The translations under genes were made by a program, and so were the position numbers. Under the pieces are notes generated by a model. It had not been told where the DNA came from, did no database searches, and saw nothing but the letters and a program-made list of their open reading frames with translations. Shown in pieces: positions 11,833 to 23,000 of a stretch of DNA of 64,000 nucleotides (within the stretch, counting starts at the first letter, position 1; each line of letters begins with the position of its first letter). Source of the stretch: Tubulanus polymorphus (lineage: Eukaryota > Animalia > Nemertea); NCBI RefSeq assembly GCF_964204645.1, contig NC_134027.1, forward strand, positions 23,584,560 to 23,648,559, given 5' to 3'.

Positions 11833-14800
11833 ATGGGAAAGCTAATTTTGACTTTCGCAACAATCATCGCTGTAAGTAAATGTATAATTGAAACTAAGAA
11901 GCAAATATTCCGAAAACGTCACTCCCATCTATCTTCTTTTCAATGTCTTATGTGCGACGTAAACATTCATAAACTACTTGTGTACTAATTTATCACTCCA
12001 ATCTTACCATATTACGTAGTGTATTCAGTACACTGCTTGGTGTTTAATTTCAACATTACCCCCCATCCGACCAAGTCCAGTATAGCGTGGAATAGTTCCC
12101 CGCTCAAAGATACATTTTTAGAAAAGGAGTAATTCGGCTGCGTACTTTTCAAGACAAACCGACATACCGACAAACCGACAAACCGACATACTCGTAGTCC
12201 CTAGATCCAGTCACGGGTAATCCACGGAAAAAACCTGTCCCTCGATCCTAGCCACATTACATAAGGGTAATTCACGCAACCACGCAGCCCCTCGTTCCTA
12301 GCGTTCGGTTCGTCGGTTTGTCGGTATGTCGGTTTGTCGGTATGTCGGTTCGTCGGTTTGTCGGTATGTCGGTTTGTCGGTTCGTTGGTTTGTCGGTATG
12401 TCGGTATGTCGGTTTGTCGGTTCGTCGGTTTGTCGGTTCGTCGGTTTGTCGGTATGACGGTTTGTCGGTTCGTCGGTTTGTCGGTTCGTCGGTTTGTCGG
12501 TTCGTCGGTTTGTCGGTATGACGGTTTGTCGGTTCGTCGGTTTGTCGGTATGACGGTTTGTCGGTTCGTCGGTTTGTCGGTATGTCGGTTTGTCGGTTCG
12601 TCGGTTTGTCGGTTCGTCAGTTTGTCGGTTCGTCGGTATGTTCGCACGTCCCTATGGCGATATGTCATAAGATTCAATCAGTCCAATATTGGCGGATTAA
12701 TTCCAAATACCAGTCCAATGTGATAAGTCTCTGCTGGAACTATTTAATGCTATAATGGACTTGAGCCAAATTTATTTTGTCTGCTTTTCAGATGCAGTTT
12801 GTCACTATTTGGGGCCGCGCCTCGACTGGGACCCCAGGTTTGTTAGTCATAAGTTGGCGGCACAAGTATAATGATGATAATGAAAATAATAATGAAAAAA
12901 ATTATATTTATTCACATACCGCTCTCCGCTGGGTATAAAAGCAGTTAACATAAAATACGTACACCATCCTATTACATTTCGATAAAGATGTTGTTTAGAA
13001 AGGTGAGTTTTCACACCAGACTTAGATTCATCAATATCTGTGCAGCTAAAAGGTAGGGTAAAAGCTGATCGCAATAAAATATTTTGAAAATAGAAAACAG
13101 AATCTAGGTACGTTTGAAAACGGACTCTCTTATCTAGCGGTTCCAAAATATGATAAGCAAAGAGTGTGCCTGGTCCATTGGTGTCTATGATTCATTTTTT
13201 ATTACGTAGATGAATTAACTACCGATTTTGAGATCGATAACTATAAGTGGAAATCGCGGGGAACATTACAATGGAAGAGATATTCAGGCAGAACACCATC
13301 TCGAAGCACCGGCCCAGATGACGATCATACCAGTGATTCTGGAAGAGGTACGAACAGTTCCTAATTCACACAACATCATCCGTACACCCCTCACCCCCCC
13401 CCCAAACTGTGAGAATATGAAGTTAACGATATTGTTGAGTTGAAAATATCGAAGCGATTTTCAATATTTACTCTCATTTCAGGGTGGTACTATGTGTACG
13501 TGGAAGCTTCTTCCCCGGCAAAAAAGGGGGATCAAGCCTGGTTAGAAGCAAATACCATATCAAAATCTGACGCCTGCATTATGAACTTTTATTATCACAT
13601 GTCCGGTAAAACGATGGGGAAATTAGAGGTTAAAGTGAACGGAAACGTTTTATTTTCGAAATCTGGTAATCAGAGATATCGATGGAAACTGGGATCAGTT
13701 CCAATCGCAAAAGGAAACGCCGCAGTACGTACTCAAAGCACAGCTTAGTATTTCTTCAATTTGTTTTATTATTGCTTTAAACCAACAATTGATGTATTTC
13801 GTCTTTTTTTCCAGATTCAGTTTGTCGCTACCCGGGGAAAGTCTTGGAAATCTGACATAGCCATCGATGACATCACTTTTACGGGATGCACCCCGACACC
13901 CGTGGTATCAGGTTTGTTAGTTTTAAGTTGTGACATATAAGTATTAGTTGATCGTAATAGAATAGTGAAACTAGTGGATAGAATCTGATAACTGGTCACC
14001 TTTGAAAACGGACTCCTTTATCTAGCAGGTACTACTGAGTAGGCCCAGGCAATTTTAACCTATAATTAATTTTTATAACGTAGGGCAATTGACTACAGAT
14101 TTTGAGACAGATAACGGAAAGTGGAACTCGCAGGGATCATTAGAATGGACGAGACAATCAGGCAGTACAGGGTCTTCTGGCACCGGTCCAAGTGAAGACC
14201 ATACAACTGGAAGTGGTATGGACAGTTTCTTACTCATACAACATCGTCTATACACCTCTTACCTCTCTCAATCTTCCAGAATGTGATGTTAACTGAGATT
14301 ATTGAGAGGAAATAGGCGTTCATACCATTAAATAGAATCGCGACGAGCAGTGTTTAACATTTACTCTAATTTTAGGATCGTATGTGTACATGGAATCTTC
14401 CGGGAAACATGTAGGTGATCAAGCCAAGTTTGAAGCAGATACCCTATCGATGTCTGACTCCTGCGTCATGAACTTTTATTATCACATGCACGGTTCACAT
14501 ATGGGAACACTTGAAGTTAAACTCAACGGAAAAGTCGAATTTTCGAAATCTGGTGATCAGGGAAATCAATGGAAACAGGGATCAGTTACGATTGCAAAAG
14601 GAAACGCAGAGGTACGTACTGAGTACACAGCTTAGTATTTCATTCAAAACTGTTACCAACACTCTGAGGAAATAATTGTATGTTTTTTTCAGATCCAGTT
14701 TGTCGCTACCCGCGGTAACGGTGATAAGTCCAACATAGCTATTGATGACGTCAGATTTACTCCGGAATGCACTGCGACACCAGGTTTGTTAGTTTAAATC

Positions 14801-16374
14801 GCGACACAACTGAAGTTGATCACAAATAGTGAAATATGGAGATAACCTAATAACTAATGACGTTTGAAAACAGATTCCTTTATCTAACGGGTCCAAAAAT
14901 ACGGTATTCAATAAGTAGGCCTGATCCATCGAAGTACCGTCGAACCTCGTTTAGTACGATGCCGGTGGGTACATGGAAAATCATCGCACTAACCGAATTT
15001 CGTACTAACCATTTCATAAAAACAATTCCATAATTACTTTAAAGGACTTTTCCGATTTCGAAATCAAACGCACTGTTTCGATTCCGGCAGGTGCGGTGGG
15101 TTTGTAAGCGACACTTAATCAAAATATATGAAACGAAATCTAATTGTCAGATAAATAACATGGTTAATCCCTATTATCTTAAGATTAAAAAGAATAATGC
15201 GGACGAGTCGAACTTTTAAAAAGGCGGATCTCATTACGCACCATCGTACTAAGCATGTTTATTTACTATAGAAATTTATAGGAGATCGTATATTATACAT
15301 CGTATTACCGACAATCTGTTTTTTTTAATCTTGATATAGGGATTGACCCTGTTATTCATTTGGTTGGTAATTTTCGTTTGACTTTTTTGGACTGAGTGTC
15401 CCTTTACAGACCCGCCACACCTGCCAGAAGCGAAACAGGGGGTTTGATTTTGAAATCGAAAATCGAAGTACAGATATAGTTGTGTGGTCAGCGGTCGAAT
15501 TTACAGACCTTTTGTTTACATCGAAGTACATAATTGGGAAATTCGGTTCCGGTTCATTCAAACAATCTTCCAACCAGTCTCGTTTAAACGGGATAGTTAC
15601 TTAGCAAACATTTTTATAGGAAAATTCTTATTCCGGGAATTCCGGAAGTTAATTAATTAATTAATTAATGTAATTAATTTTCTTATTACGTAGGACAATT
15701 GACTACCGATTTTGAGACGGATAATGGAGAGTGGATCTTACGGGGAACGTTACGATGGAAACGACAATCAGGCAGTACAGAATCCCGTGGCACCGGTCCA
15801 AGTGCAGATCATACAACTGGAAGTGGTACGAACAGTTTCTAATTTATACAACATCGTCCATTACACCCCTCAATTCTACATGTGAGAATATGAAATTAAC
15901 GAGATTGTTAAGCGGAAAATAGGTGTCCATACGATACTGCGACCAACAGTGTTTAATATTTACTCACATTTCAGGAACATACATACATGTGGACACATCC
16001 AGCTTCAGATCTCCAGGTGACCAAGGATGGCTCGAGGCAGCTACTCAATCAGCGTCTGACTCCTGCGTCATGAACTTTTATTATAACATGAACGGTTCAA
16101 CGATGGGAAAATTAGAAGTTAAAATCAACGGAAAAGAAGTATTTGATCAATCTGGTAATCAGGGAGATCAATGGAAACAGGGATCAGTTACGATTGCAAA
16201 AGGGGACGCCATAGTACGTACTCAGTGCATGGCTTAGAGTTCATCTGAACTTTTACCAAGAATCTGAAAAATGTATTTGTTTCGTTTTTTCAGATCCAGT
16301 TTGTCGCTACCAAGGGACCCACTTGGCAATCCGACATAGCTATCGATGACATCACTTTTTCATCCGACTGCTAG
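11833..16374 (+). CDS. Secreted protein with three tandem MAM domains (about 490 aa, 11 exons)
   Basis: Exons 11833-11871, 12792-12837, 13210-13347, 13483-13724, 13815-13911, 14084-14215, 14376-14611, 14693-14783, 15694-15825, 15975-16213 and 16294-16374. All GT-AG, phases consistent, 1473 nt open to TAG. Signal-like N-terminus MGKLILTFATIIAMQFVTIWG. Exons 1-2 are less certain than the MAM exons, and there is an in-frame upstream ATG at 11803. Confidence 0.82.
12153..12652. mobile_element. Foldback-like element with 8-bp tandem subrepeats in MAM intron 1
   Basis: 12305-12640 is an array of CGGTTTGT/CGGTTCGT/CGGTATGT/CGGTATGA. An inverted short arm (GACAAACCGACATACCGAC) lies at 12153-12190. 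Confidence 0.75.
14937..15647. mobile_element. Tc1/pogo-type MITE in a MAM intron, shared with the upstream paralog (1-610)
   Basis: Left end TA-CCGTCGAACCTCGTTTAGTACGA at 14935. The complementary end TCGTACTAACGAGGTTC survives in the paralog at about 594-610 but is replaced here by (TTAA)n. 15055-15645 resembles 55-545. Confidence 0.65.
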
Positions 16375-17061
16375 CGATCTACTCCTTCATGTCGATACAT
16401 AAGATATGCATTCAGTGCTTATTATAAACATAAAAAATATCATGCTAAACATATGCGCGTGTTCTATTGTTCAATCACTGAGTCTCTTCTCAAATTGCAT
16501 TTAACATCCAACCCTGGACGAACATAGCGAACATTACACTCCCCTAGAGACGGACACCGGCGGTTTTATTTCTTCGAAAACATATGTGCGTCGTACTACC
16601 GCTATCCCTTGACGAATATTCCAACTGTACAGTTCCGTGGCCGACATAACCAACCTGATTTTGAAAAACTAAACACTTTGATACGTGCATCGTTGATATT
16701 TCCATTCGCCACAGAAATTCTTTCCTGAGAAATTGGAAATTGAAATTGGTTCGTACGTGCAGTTAGTTGCCGAGATACCGAGAAAGCGTACGACATTCTA
16801 CGCAATGTAGAATTTTGAGGATCCTTCCCCGAACCTAACGCTGAAGAAATCCTTCCTTGCGTAAAGAATTGAATATATAACCTGGTCACAAAATGCAATG
16901 ACATTGAAACAAAGGAATCTTTATAAACTAAATATATTATCGAGGTAAATGTATACATGACGAACTGGGTTAGAGACCTGGTCTTCCGTTTGGATATCGG
17001 TGTCTCAAGATAATACAATGGATATTCCTAACCTCATTGTCTAATCTGAATAAAGAATATT

Positions 17062-20000
17062 TCAAAGAGGTTCAGATTCTGGTGAAAGGTTACTCCGGTC
17101 GCCGGTATTTTCCTGCGATTTCGCTCTTCTGTAGATCAACAGCAAGTGTTCTATAAGCGCTACAAATGACGCGACGGCTAGTCCGATAATCAACGTGAAA
17201 AACACCCCAGACATTTCAAAAAACGTCAACGGTTCAGTCTCCGATATTTCGTCTGACCACATGTCGGGATCGCATTGAAACTGACGCTTGAGATACCTGG
17301 AAAAAAACATGAATGAACAACATGAGTCACGCAGAAAAATGTTTACTGATTATACCAGGATTCATTTTTCTTCACATAATCCAGTGACCAATTGATTGAA
17401 AATTGATTAATGTTAACTTTTGGTTGAAATGACATCGTACAATAAAGAGAATCCCTAAAAAATAACGAAAAATACCTAGACTTTGGACCAATTCACTTGT
17501 ATTAAACGGTTCTGGATATGTCAGTTGTCCATATTAAAAGAATCACACCTTTAAACAGTGCGTACTTTTCCGTGCATACCGGTACTTAGACACTCCAGAG
17601 GAGTGAACTCTGTCTCGGCGTGGAGTTACAGCGCTTTATGAATGTTATCATTATCAAAAATAAAGATTGAAAATGTTTCCTTAGAAGCTAGAGATTTGTT
17701 CGATATTTCAAGGAAACAAGTTTTTTCAAGGGTTATCATTGTGGGATTTTCTATATCGTCAAAACACTGATATAGTGTTTTACCAAAGGGTATAGTAACA
17801 ATTTAAAAACTCCAGGCCCGTGCGAGCTATTTTGACGGGCAGTTCTATTTCTAGGGTTAAGGGGACCACTTCCCTATAGAAAAATGACACATCTAAGATA
17901 TGAAGTACCTAAAAAAAATCATTTGAGAATGGATTAACTTTCATTTTCCGAAATAAATTGCCAATGGGCAAAGTGTGGTTTACCTAGAAAGCTAGAGGTT
18001 GTTTGGAGTAAGGGCATTGCTTGAAAAATCTTTTTAATTCGTGACTTCAAAGTTCTAGAAGTTTGTATTGTATTTTATCTTTCTTAAAGAATTATTTTGT
18101 AGTCAAATAAGACCGAAGATAAACACGGTCTACGGTCTACGTCCAAAATTTCGTAGGATACAGGTATAGGCGCGGCATTGGAAACTATTTTACCCCTGTG
18201 AAGCTGGCTCCCGGTCCAGAGGGTGGCTGAATATTGAGTCTTCGAAAGGAAACCTTTTCCAATGTATGGCCGCGGAAGCTAAAACCGGGGCGTAGTATTA
18301 GATCGTTTTAAATCCTGGAATTTACCACTACAATATTCAGACCTCGACCGATAGTTTGCTGCTTAGTATTTTCAGGTCACAAGAAATTACAATTTATTAC
18401 ATACAAATTCTATCAAACAGAAAACACAGCGCTCATCTGCTACGACGATTATTCAGCCTGTACCATCATACCAAACGTGCACGCGCAAAGCAAGCAGGGT
18501 TACAGCATCACCATATCAGAGCCGTCGGGAGGAATTTTCAGGGGCGAGACTTATTTCTGAAGGGTGGTCTGGGGGCCCTCCCCTAGAAAAATTTTGAAAA
18601 TTCAATCGCCGGAGATGTGTTTTGGGACCATTTCACGGGCTTATTCACAGAAGCATGAGAAGCCGTGAGCCAACCACCCAGGACAGAGAACGACGAGCTG
18701 CTACGCGGTACAGCGTGCTTTTGAAAATATTTTTGTTAAGCAAAAAAGTGGGGCGGCTTCGGCTGCCCCTGCCGCCCCTGTTCCGACGGCCCTGCATATA
18801 GAAGTCTGTATGAGCGTGTGTTGGTGTGCGCAACAGTCTAATGTTAGCACTCCCACGCACGTGGAGGCCTTGACGTATAGTGAACGTTCGCTTCACTTCA
18901 ATCTCAATCAACACATTCACGGGGTATTAAAATGAAACAAATAAAACAATGGCAATATGTGAAATGATTATATTCTCACCAACAATGAGCATTTAAAATT
19001 CGCACATATACGACACCTAGTCCAATGAAATGTTCGCCATTAATGGCTTTCCCTAATTATTTTAGTAGCGCCGGAATTCCCCGTATATCCCAAAAACAGC
19101 CAATCCCATTCGCTCGTAGAGACGACGCCTCCCAATCGAGGTCATTGCAATTTTATACGCAAGAGCTAAGAATTTTCACGCCAAAAACAGTTTTTCGTCG
19201 AATTTAAACAAAGTTGACCATGTCATCGTCGGAGGTTCGTCATGTCTTCAAGCGCATCGATTATATGTCGTTTAACCCGAGAACCAATGAAAAAAATGCT
19301 CACATAAAAAAACGTACCGCGATTTTACATGAATTGGCTCAATGCCAACCTCATACTGCTGACAAAGGTAAACCAAAAAAAAACATGAACATTGTATCCA
19401 TGTTTCTTGACACTGACTTTGAAGGGGACTTCGAAAATCCCGTTCGCTACCCCGAACCCCCACTCGGCACGGGTCTGGGGCCCAGCATCTTCACCCGTCA
19501 AGGGATTCGAACCCACTACGCTAAAGCTGTTCCCCGAACCCCTTGACCTCACGAGTCGTTGGAGTCGTTACTAGCCGACCAGAATCCGGTCGTACCAATC
19601 ACAGCGCTTGTAACAAACCGACAGTAGACTTCTGTTGGTTTTCCCGTTAAATGGACCAATCAGCGAACGTTTTACCGAACAAGGAAGTATTTCGCAAGTC
19701 GATATATGACGTCATGCGCAACAGCGCCAGTAATGAAATCACGCTTCGTGAGGCCAGGGGGCTGGTGGAAGCGAGTTTGGGAGTGATACTGGACCCCTGG
19801 CAAGCGAGGATGGGGGCCCAAATGCTCAGATTGTCATTTATCCACTGGTTCAACGGATAATGAATACATGTAAGTATTCATCCTATCGAAACTTACTTAT
19901 CTTCCACTTCCTTTTGCCGTCCGCTTTCTCTTGTCAAGGCGATTAACGCATCGATCGGACGTTTTACCATTGCACCTACCGGCAACGCAAACGCGAATCG

Positions 20001-23000
20001 TAATCCATACAACTGCTTCAGTCCGTGCTCGATTAAGTCGCATCTTTGCGCCACCGCGTACCGAGCCGTCAACGTGTCGGTAAGCAATATGAAATTCTCG
20101 TCGACAATCCGCTCAACGGCGGTTTCTAAATCCGGCAGAATGTTACCGGTTCGGCGAATGATGCTCCACACCATGATCTCGGGAAATTTCTGCGCTTTCG
20201 ACAACATTTTCTTAACTTCGGTATTGTTTATAACGCCGAAATTCCCCTCACCCCTATCGATCAATTCGTTCAGATTCGTAATCGGTTGCTCATCGGCTCT
20301 CAGTCTCAGAAACGCCGTCATATTGGCCGTATAGGCGGCCGACAGCGCTATACTGAAAAACATTACAACGGCGACGAGGATCCTACTGGGAATCGCGTTA
20401 GGATTAGTCTCCGAACTGCCGCCACTGAATCGAGCCACTGTAAAGTATAAAGTGTCCGCAAACGAGATCGTGTCGGTTGTGTAGTCTATAAACGTCAACA
20501 ACGACAGTAATATACTTATGGCGAATATCATCGCCAGCACGACCAGCCATAACGTCATGACGAACGGTTTTAGAAATTGCCAGCGATTCTTTTCAACTCC
20601 GGGCAGCTTGGATAACAAATGCAGCGACGCCGGGTAGATCGGGTCGGTGAAATCGACGACGGTCGTCCGTTCTACATCGACGGCGAATCCACCAGCCGCT
20701 ACCTCCCCCTGGAAATCAATATCAACCTGATTATAATTTGGTTTACGGGCACCGAGTGGGGTGCCGGCATACACACCAGACGATGCCACTAAAATATCAG
20801 ACTAACAAGATCAAAATTAGTTGATTTCTGAAGAAGAATCTCACTAACAAAAATCAAGCAATTCAAGCGTCCACAATGTGGAACGATTTTCGAATAGAAT
20901 TTTGAAAAAATTGTCTAGGGCTTAATGTCATCAGCATTTTTGAAATGAAATTTCTAGCGAACTTGGCAGATTCTGGCGGAATGACATTATATATCATTCC
21001 TCTGAGATTGAAATCAGTTGCAACAAATAGTGCTCTTTCCGGTTAGTGTCAAATTTTCAGTGGGTTGCACATTTCTTCCATACGTATCTAATACGCACAA
21101 AAATACTCACAAATGTTTCTAATACAGCAAATAGATCCGTACTCATCGGGTACGGATTGTATATAAACCCGATACGGAGATCGGCCCTGTACATTTCAAG
21201 TAAATCGTAAAATATTCCGGTGAAGTTTCCATCTTTTGATCTCATAAAGAACGGTGGTTCTTGCTTAAATAGAATAGTGGAAAATGAGATACGTGAGGCT
21301 TGGCAACTGCCGTCTTGAAGGTTGCATTAAGTATTGTTGAAATTTGACTCGGTATTCATATACTGACCAGTCTTATCAAAATCTGCCCTCGGACAGCAGA
21401 AAATACACTGACACCTTGACCAGGAATAGGACTGATCGGTTTTCCGTCGTCGAGTTTATCCCAATCCGCGAACTTAACATGAAAAATAAACAACATCTAA
21501 ACCCACTCGAAAAGCATTCGTCGTGAACGACCTTTTATAGGTCGTAATCAGCGCTAGGCCACGGAGGCCTACGGACAGACGGGCGTTGAGATGAAGTACG
21601 ACTCCCACCTGAAACCCCGCGGAGGCGTTGAAGCCACTGAGAAATGGAAAAGCTTTTTTTACGAAACAAATTGATAATTTTACAGACTCGCTGAAATAAT
21701 TGAAACTATCGGTACAGAAAAGATTGACTTTATAAGGCTATCGTAGAAAAAGAGTTCATTTATGTCGAGGTGAAATTCTGGTACTTCCTCCACATTTTAC
21801 ACTGGTCGATATGTTCTTATTACCTTTAGTTCAGTCATTACACACCCAGTTTTACTTTTAACGGCGTTCGTTTCGCAAACATAAACGGCAGGCGTCTCAC
21901 GACAGTTCTTCAGCGAGAAGTTAAAATGGCCGCTTAACCCATCAACTTCGACTTGAGAATCCTAGAATCGAATTAGACAGCGAATAACGAAAATTAAAAC
22001 CGGGACCGATCTACTCGGATTAAGCGATTAATACGGATTAACCAGATTTGACTGTAGTTCAGACGGAAGTCATTGAAATCGAGAATGAGAAGTTCATTGT
22101 TAGTAGCTTATCATAATTTTACTGAATCATTGAAGTTATTGAGAATGAAAAGGCCATCGATATATTCATACGCATATACACATGAACTGCCAGGATCTAG
22201 GGGCAGACTTTGACGGGAGATAGAGAAATGAAAAGGGCATATATACTGAAAAAGGGTAAGTAAAGTATCTACGCAGCCAAAACAGGGTTCTGGAAAATTC
22301 TGAAATTAAAGAGAATATGAGCTAAAATCTGTGCTGCAGACTGCTATCTTATTAATTGCGGGTGGAAAATATGCCATGAAAAATATTTCCATTGTGTTTT
22401 TTAGAGGCACGTGCTCCATGTGCTCCCGTCTGGATCCGCCCCTTGCTATTATAAACTCAGACCGCCATTCATAAAAAATCTTCTACGTCCTATAGTAACA
22501 ATAAACCTCTTAACATACGAAAAATCCGTCCGATTTTTCCCTAATTCGTTGCTCGGCAAATTTATTCAGAGTGAGAAGCGTGTCGAACAATCCGTAATCT
22601 CGAGTCTTATCGTATGTTAGTAATTTGTTCAGGTTGTACGTTTTCACTAGACTTCCGTTGAACATATCGAGAAATGACAGCGATGGATTCGTTTGCGGTA
22701 TGTCGTACGAAGCAAAAAGCCTATAGGGAACATCCTCCTAAAAATAGAGAAAGCTAATTCTAAAAATATCAGCACTAACGCAACCCTCAAATTTGAATGA
22801 AAATAACTCATAGGACTGAGTGGAAACGTCACTACTCTCTTAGTTTTCTAAAATGGCTCATAGAATTGAGTGTTAACGGCACTAATCTAACAAAGCAATA
22901 CTCACGTATGTAAGATATAGCCAGCGATAAAGATATGTGTTCATATCAAAGTTAGTTGCCTGAAAAAGTTCAAGAATAGCCTACATTCTTTTTCGTCATG

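Noticed and set aside
12201-12755. Repetitive ORFs on both strands (TDKPTNR / SVCRFVG)
   Set aside because: These are translations of an 8-bp tandem repeat inside an intron.
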